From Zygnema circumcarinatum SAG 698-1b (Eukaryota; Plantae; Zygnematophyceae): a stretch of DNA of 64,000 nt. The position numbers and the translations under genes were made by a program. Shown here in pieces: positions 13,142 to 25,662 of the stretch. The DNA is taken from the NCBI GenBank assembly GCA_037447605.1, contig CM074805.1, positions 2,575,361-2,639,360 on the forward strand. Direction: 5' to 3'. The notes below the pieces were generated by a model. That model was not told the origin of the DNA. It ran no database searches and was given only the letters and a program-made list of their open reading frames with translations. Position 1 is the stretch's first letter; the number at the start of each line of letters is the position of its first letter.

Positions 13142-13725
13142 AAGGCTGTTACTGACGTGGTAAATTTTCATAGCCTGTTGTTGTGGTCCCGATATCAAAC
13201 TGTGTAGGTGTGCCGCAGCTCAAACGGGCTGACATGTTGTCGGCTTGTCTGGAGCGAAAAGGCGCTTGACGTATATTGGCAGACATCTTTGTAAATTTTA
13301 GTAGTACTTGGCTGGAAATTTTGGTATTAATTCTTAAAAATAGCAATCGCCTTAGAACTGCCTGTCAAGCTTTAGAGTTGCAGCACCTTGGCTATATCGT
13401 AGACAGTTTCTGTTGTAGTTTGCTAGCTTTACTGATTGAAGCCATAGTAATCATGTTGTAGCTATTGTGCTCACTTACAAGCAGTTGGAATGGACGGGTA
13501 GTTCATTCCAACTACGTGATTTGTCTTTTTCGTACCTCTCAAGGCTCTCCTTTGTAGTAATATTAGCTTAGTGCTGAAGTGATTTCAGTGAGTCCCTCTC
13601 CCTTCCACATCCTCGTGTTGTGCACTTCCCTCAGAGCAATGGGTCTTAAGTTGACAATAGGATGGACAAATCGACAATTGACCATGCCATTCATATGGCC
13701 AGGCCCGAGCCAGCCTGTGGGGATG

Positions 13726-15752
13726 TCACTGAGGGATGTCAATGGTGAAAGTAAACACGTGGTCTTTCCACAGCCCTCCTTCCAAATACCGTTCATGAAA
13801 CTCCACTTGCCCATTCTTATTAACTGCAATGGCAATACAGCTCCGGGTACCGTACCGCCCCTGCAGACGCGAAGCAACTAGGCATCTGAAATAAGTAGGC
13901 CGCCTTCAGAGAGATAGTAACATAAGCTTCGACAACATAACCTGCCATTTGATGGCATCGCCATCGTGAGTTCAATGCCTCTTCCGTTCTTCCGACAACA
14001 GGGACAATGATGGACTCTAGGGGATATGCAAGGACATGCACGAGACGAAATCTGCATACAGTAAGTCACGCACAATGAGGACTCTAGATTCGTCTGTTAC
14101 TCATACATTTTAACAAAATGAAAGGACATGCCGTGGAGCAGCGAAAGTGGTCAACGAAAGCTCACATGAGGCGTTTCACACTCCACAAACGCCGGACTAA
14201 GCTCCCGCTCCCATTCAATGCTGCAACCCGTCGAAGGCAACAAGTGGTCTTCACACTTCTCCCGGTCGTATAAAACATTTTCAATCACCTCCACCAGCGG
14301 CACTGCTCGAGTGCCGTGCGTATCCAGCAAAGCTTTTAAGCGCTTCTTGGCAAGTTCTACCTGCAGTAAAGCGGACTTATACATCACAATGCTGTGGAAG
14401 CCTGTCTGAGACAGCCTTCGTCGCTGCAAACGTGCATGAACTTCAATCGACAAGGAGAAAATTCTCAATATTACAACCAGTCTGAACAGAGCTTGTGTGC
14501 ATGCAGTGCAAGTCACAGCTTTTCTCCAGAGCAATTACCTTTGGCCATGGAGTATCAAGCAGTGCATTACTTAGTCCATGGATACCACATGTCAATCTCT
14601 GAGGCTGGACTTGAGAACACGTTGGCCTGTTTGGCAGGTATGCCATTTCCATTGTCACGAGGTCACCAACAACAAGGTTGAAACCGTTATAATGATTGAC
14701 TTCTCCAGCCAGTTGCTGCAAGTACTCTGTTGGAGATTTGTCCGACTGCTGTGACGAAGGACAAGGACAAAAAGGGGTGCGGAAGCGAGGGGAAGAGGAA
14801 TGATGAGAGAATTAGTAAAGTAGTTCCTCCCCTGATGTCACCCGCATGCTGCCATGAAGTGAGTGGAAGGCCAAGTCCATCATAAGAAAAGCTTATTTGC
14901 CGCATCAACAATCGAAACTAGTGAAACTGGTGTTCGCAAAGCTATTGCGCATAACGCCTTAAGGGCGGCATTACTTCCAATGCCTTGAGGAGCTCATATC
15001 TGGAAGTTGCAATTTCAACAGCAAAGTAATAAGTGGTTGCTGTTATCTAAACCGTGACCTTCAGCTACGGAGCGCATGTTTACAAATCGATCCAGCACAG
15101 GATGAGGGGAGAATCTTGCAGTCTGTGTGTTTCTTGCCATATCGAACATGCATCAGGGATTTGAAAAAGAGCATGACCTGAAGAAAATGAGTAGTAAGCT
15201 CGCCGCGTGTGAGAGCGTGGGGGTCTGATGCAGGCTCACGGTAGTTTGTCAGCAGAGCCAGGCGGCCATTCTTGTGTATGCCAAGCCATGTGCCACCCTT
15301 CTCACCATCCCTTCCGCCCAGGATGGAGGCATCATCACACCAATAATGGCTTGCAGTCGTGGGTCTGTTGCATTGAGCCCAACAAGGTGTCCAAAAACCA
15401 GTGTCAGTCTGGAGGCCCGCCATACTTGCGCATAGGATAATGTTGCCTATCATACCAACTTAATCAGCAACTGAATTTCTCAGAGCACAAACAACGACGG
15501 TGGCGACTGTGCAGGAGCTAGATGACACAAATCTTTGTTCGAAAAAACGAAACAAACGGCAAACGTGAATCGAAATCAGGAAATTTAGCCGTATTCTGTT
15601 TTTGTCACATAAAACTTCTAAATAAAATGATGTACGAAATAATCTCCTTCCGTATGGCAAGCGCTCTACCTGGAGTGAAGCTCATCTCGGTTGGAGGCCA
15701 ACAGCAGCCGATAGAGAGGATGGTCATCAAATAACCACACGCACATGCACAT
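13726..15752 (-). CDS. TANGO2: TANGO2 / NRDE-family protein, 5 coding exons, 268 aa
   Basis: Exons 15752-15670, 15364-15178, 14745-14539, 14360-14166, 13860-13726, all in phase. Motifs MC..HPLY.LLLASNRDE, GGRDGEKGGTWLG, GRLALLTN, YNGFNL, GLSNALLDTPWPK, YGTRS. Confidence 0.93.
13946..13978 (+). mobile_element. Short fragment of the same MULE family (TANGO2 intron 4)
   Basis: Reverse complement gcattgaactcacgatggcgatgccatcaaatg matches 63062-63094 at 30/33 and 2154-2186 at 30/33. Confidence 0.6.
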
Positions 15753-17720
15753 GGCTGTCGGCTGAACAGCACCAGCACCTGGTATCCTTCAATAAATAAC
15801 AAAGAATTCAACTCCTATAAATCCTGAAGCAAACTTTCAATTCCTAAACACCCTAAACACGAGAACCGTGTAATAATCCAAAGAACGAAAGTCCTCGGAT
15901 CCTTGTGACGCATGTCAGCTTTTCTTTCCTTTTTTTAACATAAAATGTGGCATCCGTCAAGGTTGTGCAACGTCAAATCCGTCAGCCCTAAAGGCTTAGC
16001 AGGTGCAAAAACTTGCTCAAGAAAACAGCAAGTTCTAATGTTCCTAGAGCAAACTCAAAGCATCGCATTCACTTTAACATGAGCCAGCACGGCCTCTCGT
16101 TGTCGTAACGAGTCAGCGGAAAGCGACGCAAATGGAAGCACAAATGGACATCTCCACTTCAAGCTCACGCAATCCACAGAATTCTGTGTTTTGAGAATGA
16201 TTGAAAAGGAGAGAGATTAATGGAAAGAGAGGAGAGCGGGGGAGCAAAGGCTATTCGTACCGAAGTTTATTGCGAGAGCTTTGTGTTTTTGGTGCTTTAT
16301 TGCAAGCTGTGATCAGTTTAGAGGAGAATCAACGGAGGCCGAGCGGAGGATGAATAGTGAACGTGCGTTCGGACTTTTGTAGGCCATGAAAGCCTTCGTA
16401 AACTCAGTACTCGTTGTTTTTTTCTTTAGATGCCAATACCTTATTCTGCAGGTGCGTTATTTGCTTTTCTATAGTCCAAATGCAAGAGCTTGACAGGCAC
16501 TGTCACCGATATCTGACACAACTGACGAGGGTAGCAGAGACTGGAGTCTATGTGTTACGAAAGCAAACGATTGAACTTTCTCCTTCTTCCCCTTCTGTTT
16601 TACACATGTTCGTTGCAGGTTCGAGTGAAGCAGGTATAACTTGTAGGAGTGAACCATACTTTAAACGTTGTGTTACTTCTCACGACGAATGTTGTTTTCT
16701 TTAATTTGTCCTTTGCCAGACGAGTTATTCTGTGGCCTTGTGTTGTATGGCCACCTCTCGAAGTGCATGAGGTGCAAATAAAATATTATTGACATAGCGC
16801 ATAACTAGCGCAAGTCTTGCATGCGAGAGATCAAGCAAACAACGACGTATAGCATATAGCTCGCATTTTTTTGGGTGCTGTTAGTTGTAACAGCATTCTG
16901 TGCACATAACTCTTGTAAGGTACAGCTCTGGTATAGACATGGAAACCTTAGTCTCTTTGTCATCTCCTTGGAAGTGTTGCTCTGATGAGATCAATGCCAC
17001 TTGTCCTCCCATTTCTCCGGCCATTGTGTGGTCTATCCAAATTCTCTGGTTACGAAAAGAAGTGAAGGTGCTGTTGGCGCAGGTGCTGTAAGTGCAGGTG
17101 CTTCATCGTCACCAGTTACATGCCCTAATCCCATACGATGATGATCTTTAGGGTTGTGGGAAATCAAGAAGATATTAATGAGCGCAAGAGGGGATTTAAG
17201 AAGAGACATTTAAACAAGTGAACTGGCGTCGACGCCATCACAGCCACACAGACAACACGGCATCATGTCGAAACCAATGTGAAGCACAAATCCCAAACGG
17301 TCACAGATCTCCTCCGACCGAAGCAAGCCGGCGACTGCGCGCCATCTCCATGGCTGCACAACAAAGCTCTCCGCCTCCCTGCCTCCTCAGAGCTCTCCTC
17401 TCCTCTCTCTTCTCCTCTGCTCTCCTCCCCTCTCCTCAGCTCTGCTCCAACAAAAGCAAAAATGGTCTGACAGAGGAACCACGAAACCCCGCCCCCCGAC
17501 AAAAGGAGAACGGCGCCGTACGGCCTCCGTTCCATGCTCCTCAGTAAAGTGCGTCATAACAGGACGTCACGGTCAGTTTACCGTACGACCTACCGAACAC
17601 AATCCGTTGCACATGTACGGACGCAAGGTCCTCTCTGGGTTCCCCCCCTCCTCCCTCTCCCTCTCCTCCGCCTTTCTCCTAGCAGGGTGGGTCCTGCTTC
17701 CAGCTGTGAGGGGGAGAGAG

Positions 17721-20700
17721 ATGGACGATGCGCACCTCCGGCTCAAGCACTCGCGAGTTGTGAGCTTAAAATTGCATTTAATTGGAGAATTTTAATAACC
17801 CTAACCTCTCTTTAAGCCTCTTGGGGTAGACCTCCATGACTTCTTCACAGCCTCTGGCGAGGCGCATTCTGCAGTCGCACAGACCGTGGAGGGAGGTCGC
17901 AGTATGGTTTGTGGCGCTGTTGGTAATGGGCCTAGTTTTACTTCAGCTTGCGGATGCCGCTGCCAGTTGCGAGGAGGTGCAGTCCTTGTGCTCCTAAAGT
18001 GACCCTCTGCTCTCGAGTGAAGTAATGCACGAAATTCTGCGAAAGGAGCTGGACATTTAAAATGGAGTTCACTAAGTGAGAAATTGAATTTTCCATATCG
18101 GCATGGGGTTTCTCAATTCTAATGCAAGCACTTGAATGCAGGCAGCTGATTTTTGTTATTTGAAGGGCTGGAAAGGGCAGGAGAGATGTTCAAGAATGGA
18201 TGGTAAAGATCGAAACGATTCAGACACGGCAGAGAATGAATGCTGGGAACTGGCTGTTTCAGAGAAGGAGGATGACTTATGGTTGCAGAAGTTGGAGGCG
18301 TCATGCTCAAGTGTAAGCATTTGAGGTTCGTTTTTCAATTGGCTTCTGCATTTTTTCGTGTTTCTTTATTCATGGAAGTGGAAGTAATGCGTATCATGGA
18401 GTATTTGCAAACACCACGCTCAGCATTACGATTACTATGTAACTTCGCAAGAAGCAGAACGTCACGAAGGCACATTTCCACAAAATGGGTAGGCGCTTAT
18501 GACTCCTCAATTCAGCGGAAGTGAAAACATTTGGCCATTTTACTACGATTTTCTCAACTTTGCCGATGTCTCAGCAGGACATTGCTGAATTTATAAGATG
18601 GAGGAAAAATGTACCCATTAATTCTGCAACAGTAGGGGAAAACAACCCAAAGATTCGTCGAATTCTTCGAAACAAACGATGGACAGGAAAGGCAGTTAAG
18701 TTCATGGATAAAGAAAAGAATCCGGAAGAGGAGGACCTCCCCGACTTTTCAAAGCTTGACCCTTTTCAACTGAAAGAGGAGCTCCTTCTGAATTCTCAAG
18801 TTCAGGTTTGTATCTTTCCTATAACAGATTTTGACAAGAATGGTCTATAGCTTTCTTGCCCAGTATGTTGTCTTTACTCGGGAACACAACGATTTTCAAG
18901 TCGATGACTAACGTTAATTTGCCTATTGCTGCAGGCACCAAAGCATCGTGTAAGTGAAGAGCTTATGGACATAACTACATTTCGTTACTATTTATGGGCA
19001 CGCTATGAAGAAGCTCACGAGTATAGAACCTACCTCAAGAATGCTATTGCGAAAGAGATAAATGTATGAAGTAGTCGACTTAAACCACACATCTACCACA
19101 AGTTTCCTTTTTTTTTTTTTTTTTCCTGCCTCGCATATACCTATTTGTTGAGCCATAGACAGGGGTGATGCTTGATGTCTAATGAACCCCGAATATTCTG
19201 CAGGAGGATGGTGACGTGACGAATGACAGCTCAACATTGTCGCGTTCGTTGGTTAATCGTCTTGCTGAATCTGATTCATGGACGACAATTAAGAACTACA
19301 AGGTGCAGATCCGTGTGGCCTGAAAGTTTGTTCAGGTTTTTGTTTAAAATACATCAGCTTATAAGCAAAGTTTTCGTCCAACTCTTTATTTAATCCCTTG
19401 TCGTACGAATTCTATTCATAAAATCTCTAGTGGCAGTTATGAAGTATTTGACTAATAAAAAATGCAATGTTTCAGCACAGTTCACTTGCGATGATGGTGT
19501 TGGGGTGGGCGGTTGATCTTTTGCCTACTTGCGTTGGGTGAATGGCTCTCGTTCGGGCTGTCATATGTTGGGCAAACGTTTCTCCTGCATGTTCTCTGTG
19601 CAGGATGTCCGAGGAGCTCATATTCTCTACGACTCTGAAACGTTTGCATGCCTGCTGGTGGTGGAGAACGCATGTAACTTTCAGCCAAATAATCAAAACG
19701 GTGGAAGTGTCTGGTTTACAATGAGCGATGACAACTTATCAGAGTAGGCTCTGAGGCACTCACAAAGTAGTGCATTGTAGGTGGCATTTGCCGCTCCTTA
19801 TCCCAGACTTCATATGAAGGATGGATGGATACTGCCAAGACTTTTGAGAGTAGATGCCTAACATATCTTTTTGTTTTCGTATCTATCTCATTAGGGAATG
19901 TCTCTACTGAGAGTTTGGCTTTGTATGGTTGTCCTTGGCTACGTCTGTATAGGCTCATAAATGATGGAGACATCTGCAAGCAGGCTTCACGCCTTGGGAA
20001 GGACCATATGGGGCTGGACGATCCACAAAACATTAGGTGAGTAAAAATTGACTTGATGAATTTGATTGATTGCAGCGTGTGCCCAATGTCCCTCTGGTTA
20101 TGCACTAACCATTTCCTTGGAAGGTTTGGCGTTCTGAGCATTGTGAGCTCCATTCCTCACAAGATTTTGAACTCAATCTTAGTTTCTATCTAATGTCTAC
20201 GACGCTATCGTGCAATTGGCGGTTGAAGTGGACATCATCATGCAATAAGCATTTTCACTGAACATCAGTAAAAACGTCCATGCAGACTTCAGTACTCTCG
20301 GCATCGGCTGTTTGAGTTGAGCAGATCAAAACATTTTGTATGCACTGTACATGCTATTGCTAAGTAGATACAAGCAGAGTCGGCTTACATGTGCGTTTTA
20401 CTGCAGAGCACGAGAACCGTTTGGTACTCTTGAGAAGGTTGCAAGGCGACACGGAACCTTCGTTTCCAAAGAAGTGGTGAAGGATATCCCTTCGCTCAAG
20501 GGGGTGAGGACCGTCCCCATTCTAAAAACATTCAAGCTTTGGTTTTTCAATAGTCCAGCGCAATCTACTGAAGCTGGTCCGTCGGTTTTACTATGGGTCC
20601 TTATGGGAGCTTCACAAAGTTCAAAAAACACCGCGCATTCTAAACCTGTTCGGATAGAAGTTGACATGCACAACAATGCCCACTATAGGTTTGTATGTCT

Positions 20701-23700
20701 TCAATAGACTGTCGCATTTTTTAACATGGATGAATCAAATTGCGATTCTTGACGGATAAGGTCCTCTCCGGCGTCCTCAGGATGTGGTCGTGGCTATTTC
20801 AAACCTTCGTGGACTTTATCCTGTTGATTCTTCAGAAGGTGCCTTCAAATCGAGTGCTTGTGGTGACTGATGACGGGGATGACAAGGAGGCTGTACGAGA
20901 TGTCGGAGCATTGGCTGGTAAACAGTGTATTGCTATAATGCGCTGAAAATGTAGCCTGCTGTTTTCCTGTGTGCATGGGATGCAATTGGAATTCATGGGA
21001 CACGGGAGTGGATGTCAGCTTCTGTCTCGTTTCTGTCTTTCTCTTTATGATAAGCAGAGTAGTCTGTTGATGTTTTGCGAGCAATCGGAACGTGGAGGGA
21101 TGCGAAGCCATTTGCATTGGACTTGATTAGTTTTGATTTCGAATTTTTTCCACTTGATGAAAAGTATATCCTCCTTTGCGCAATTGATGGAAATGCACCT
21201 GTAGAAACTCGATTCTTATATGCAATTTTGAGTTTGTGCATCCAATGTTTTGCAGAGGTTGCATATGCATTGACCAAGGCTTTCAATACGAGCATAGGCG
21301 AGAGATTGCTAGCTGATCTTCGAATTCATCTGAGCTTTGGGAGTAAAGGTACGTGGGATGCATTGGAGTCACTGCAAACCCCGACTGAATTCGGAATATC
21401 AGGAAATTATTTGCACTTGCATGCAAGTTTTTGGGCCTCTATTTACATGGCCTTTCTCAAACAGTCTCTCCCAGCTGTCTTAAATGCGTCTCTTCTCCTT
21501 CCAACTTCAGAAACAGTTTTTTCAGACAACAATTCTGAATAGAGTTTATGCAGCTTGAAGCCGTGGATCGTGAAGCAGTCGACAGGCTTTTTCATTTGTT
21601 GGAGTACAAAGGGAGTTCGTATGGAAAGCGAAACGATGGGATTCTGTTGAGTGATGATGACTGTTGTCAAAGAGCTTGTATGATACGAGAGGTTCGTGCA
21701 CCCGCTTAAAATACTTCACTTCTTGCAGGTAGTTCGTGGGTGAAGGAGGCGGCGAAAATGTTGTTTGAAGGAACGGCAAAGAGTGATGGCAGCTATGATA
21801 AGGTGAGTGAGCAAGCCTGGAACTCCTTCCATATGGAGAAACCTTCTCTGGATGACGATAAGGAATTCTATCTACCGTGATATTCTAAAGCTCGCAGGAG
21901 CGTGTTGTGTCTTAAAATGAAGAAGAGATATGACGAGAGGTGCTCCAGTTTATCCTTTTGACTGAACAAAAAATCTACAAGTTGAACGATCTTCAATTTC
22001 CCTTGTAAGAAGAATGTCGCTAAGCTGCAGAATCGTGCAAGTCTGAATGTACGATGATCCAAGTGAAACTACTCTTTATATTAATTGATTCTTCAATCCT
22101 ATAGCTGTGTGTCGGCAGAGGCTTAATACGGCAGGACACCAAGAGCTAATGCTCATTCATAGTGTCCGTACACATCCCATCGTGATCGCGCCTTAAACCC
22201 CAGGTTACAAGCTTCTGTATACTATGCACTTCGTTTCGGTTTCATAAATTGTCAACTTGTACTCCGCTTGCAGGGAGATTCGCAGTTGATCTGTGTTAGC
22301 GAAGCTATTTTTCCCATAAATCGGGCCTTTTCAAGGTGAGCTCACTTCAGACGTGTTTTCTGTTCGAGGGCGAGAACAGTATTGCAGAAAAACTCACCCG
22401 CATTGAGTCGACAAAATAACCTGCATAGGATCCAGTTTAGACGGCACAACTGAGTTTAATTATGAAAAGTTGAAGATCCCATCTACGTTTTCCAAAATGG
22501 TTTTCGAAAGCTGTGACTGGTTCGCTTAAACACATTCTCCGATGTCTGATATGTTGGCATGCATTCACTCTTTCTGCCTTGAGAAATGTTCCCAGGATGT
22601 GTAACTCGGTATCTACTTCCATAACCTTCTAAATGGAAGAAGTGGTTTGCAGTTGTGGTGTCTAAAAATGGTTTGCAGAGTTGCACTCATTTTTTTTGGG
22701 TATGTCATAGACAAAGTTGGCACTCTCCAGGTCATATAATGGAACATTGTCCGTGTGCTCCTTTGTGCACAGGGGTGCCTCCATGGAGCACTTTAGAACA
22801 ACCGCAAGTACGCTGGTTTCATATGCCTATGCTAATGTTGTGACCCCGATGAAGGCTGCCCCATGGCATCAGGTGATATAGCATTTTCCAAAAAACAATG
22901 AATGAACAGTCAGATTTCTGCAGGGCAGAGGAAAACCTTTCTATGTGTTTACAGTTTCAGGTTACCTCGTGTTTATGGAAATTTCCATTTGAAGAGTTTT
23001 GCAAGCGCTTGGGTGATGGCAGGTCACTTGGTTTTGGAATCAGGGGCCATACAAGATCAGCAACATGGAGGAAGTGCAAGAAATGCTTTTCCGGATGTTC
23101 AAGAAACTACCCATCGGTGTCTTCAACTGGACGGGAAAGGTCGACTACTTGCAGGTGGGTTTATACTATCCTTTTTACCGGAGGCTCCCAGATAAATAAT
23201 GCATGCAGACGCAGAAAGAGCGTACAGAGTGATGTCGATGTTGTCACAGTTGGTGCATCTCGCTGTTTACCCATCCTAACGACTTGATCAGGTTGCTTTG
23301 AATCGCCTATTGTAAAGCCGGCTTGCCTGACGTAATCAGCTAGGCGAAGTCCCTTATATTGCAAGGTCATAAGAAATTAGTACGCTTGTGTCGGGGTCTC
23401 TATGTCTTGTGGTATTTGTACTCTATGCATAGTTCAGAGTGTATTCTTACTCTGAACTCTGGACGTTGGAAATGTCAAGTTCAACTCCAAAGTGGTGGCT
23501 ACTGAAGAAGCTGAATGAATTTACGGGGTTGCGGAAGGGGGATTTAATTAGTTTATCTCGGTTCAACATAGAACCAAAGCCTTTCTAAATCAGTATCCTG
23601 TCTGACTAAAGACATGCGTGAAGGAGCCACTGTTTTGCTGAACCCTTTGTTCATGTTGGTGGAGGAGCCATGACGTGGTGCCAGATGGTGGATTTGATGC

Positions 23701-24113
23701 GGAGATCAGCCGTTGTCATTTTTCCCCATGGCTCGTCCCTCATGCCCCTGCTGTACATGCCATGTATGTTCGTGAACCCCTTTCTCCAGCCATGGCAGTT
23801 AATGCTGCAATGCTTCCACAATCGATTGCATGGACTCTCTGTTCGTCGACATATGCTTTCTTCATGAATTGACATCGGCGTCTGCATGCATTGGCGCGCA
23901 CCATGTGTGGAGTTGCGGTTGAGTTAACTGCGTTGATTGGTTCGTGTGTTTGTGGAGCGCCCAGCTGGAATGAATGTAGTGGAGTTAACGCCCCCAATGG
24001 TGGACTCTTGGCAAGTGCGCTCCCTAGCACGCAAGCTAGGACTGCATCACGTGCGTTGGACCCCCTCAACTTTGGAGGGCACCAACTATCCAAACAAATG
24101 CTTCAAAATGTAG
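17721..24113 (+). CDS. Multi-exon type II membrane protein with a C-terminal GT61-like glycosyltransferase domain; continuity and frame partly unresolved
   Basis: ATG 17721. Exon 17851-17976 encodes the signal anchor VAVWFVALLVMGLVLLQLA. In-phase exons follow to about 21802. GT61-like motifs occur at 22924-23150 (YGNFHL), 23291 (CFES), 23670-23763 (MTWCQMVDLMRRSAVVIFPHGSSLMPLLYMP) and 23965-24113 (NVVELTP...LARKLGLHHVRW). Links across 21803-22923 and 23560-23669 could not be made cleanly. Confidence 0.5.
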
Positions 24114-24699
24114 CGGAGCTCTCTCTCTCTCTCTCACTCTCTCTCTCCCCCCCCTCCCCCTCCCCCTCCACCTTCCCGCACTTTCTTCTCTGTTGTCCTT
24201 TCCTTCTTTTTTTGTTTGGAGTCTCGTAATTCATCTTGTACACATTTGGTTGTGCTTTAAAGCTGAGGTTGAGTGTGGCATTGGGTGGTTGGCGTGCAGG
24301 GAATGGTCGGACTTCTCTCCATCCACATGTCGGAGAAATGAAGAGTGTGCAAACTGTGTGAATGGGGGGGTTGTCAGTGCAGTGAACATAGAAGAGGTAG
24401 AGCGTATACTTCAATCCGTCCGGAGCAATGTGAAACCACTTATATACTCGTAAATATTCCATTCGAAATTCAAAATATTGTCATTTTTTAGCACTGTCGA
24501 ATGATCTTGCTAGAATCTGTCGCTATATCCACGTCCCCATAGCACAAGCACAAGCGGTAGCGTGGGGGCGAGCATTCCCATGCATGGCTATACGCAAAAA
24601 AGTATGACCATGAGCCATGCCATGCCATGCCGCCCGGTAGTCAGGCCGTGCATGATGCATGCATGTATGGGCCAACATGGACCGGACCATCGAACCGCC

Positions 24700-25330
24700 G
24701 CATGCGTACGGCATGCCACGTGGCCTACCGCGGACTGCCACGTGCGAGAGTCCTTGGATTTGCCCGTCATGTCACGTGGATTCCACTGGGTTGGCCCCGA
24801 TGCCTGAAATTTTTTTTTCGGCAAGAAAGGTTTCGGTTGCCGTTCACGCTGGCGTACGGCCTGCCACCTGCGAACCTTTGGGACTTTGACCGGTGCAATA
24901 CCAAGTACGGTATATCGTGGGCTGCCACGTGTGATAATGCCAGCTTTTGACCGTTGGATATGCCACGTATAATTTGAACTGTCCACGTACGCAGATTTTG
25001 GGTTTGGGCCGTTGGATATGCCACGTGGGAGTAGTCAAAATCTTGAATTTCCTTTTGTTTCTCCGCAGTCCGGTTTCACGGTACAGTACTGTACCGGCGC
25101 GCGCCAGTTCCGACCGTACAGCCCTCCCCTTGCGTGCCGAGTCTGCCGACTGAACTCGCCCATGGCGCCCCCCCGCCTAGCCCCGCTCATATCCCGACAA
25201 AAGCTCGCCCCGGCTCCGGCGGCGGCGGCGACGCTCCTCCGTCCGCGTCTGCCGGAAAGCATGCCGCGTGGCGCGCATTGCTCATCCCTCTGCTGACGTG
25301 GCGTAGAAGGGGCGCGCGCCACGTGGCCTG
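24700..25330. promoter_or_regulatory. G-box/MSA-like degenerate repeat cluster upstream of PLA-I
   Basis: CACGTG at 24717, 24739, 24773, 24926, 25022 and 25320. Exact 18-bp direct repeat CCGTTGGATATGCCACGT at 24951 and 25009. 18-bp perfect palindrome at 25079-25096. Confidence 0.55.
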
Positions 25331-25662
25331 CAATAAGAAAAGTGACGGTTCGCGCACAGGGGCCGGTCAGCCAATTCGCGGAAACCTCGCCGCCAAGGTT
25401 GATCCGCCGTGTTGACCAACTGTTGATCCACTGCAAAAGCCGTCGATCCCGAAGGATCGCCCGGTGGAATCGCGATGGAAGGTTGAAGCCGAGCGGCCTC
25501 CCTCCCTCCCTCGCCTCCAAGCGCCGCTCCAGCGCTGCAGCCCTGCCTCACTCCCCTCTGCACTCGTTCGGAGAAGAAGGAAAGGAAAAGGGAAGCAGAA
25601 GGGTCTGTCCCGGAGAGAGGTGGAGGTCCATTAGGGCTTCTGCCTCGCCTTCCCGCGGCACC

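Noticed and set aside
16987-17000. 14-nt match to the MULE-family fragment at 2151
   Set aside because: A 14-mer match is expected by chance in 64 kb and the flanks do not align.
19890-21350. NB-ARC-like words (RVLVVTDD as Walker B; FPLDEK) in the gene starting at 17721
   Set aside because: No P-loop or GLPL motif, and the protein has a type II signal anchor and a GT61-like C-terminus.
23586-23621. Non-standard genetic code or stop readthrough to explain in-frame stops
   Set aside because: Both TAA and TGA are involved, and neighbouring genes end normally at TGA, TAG and TAA.
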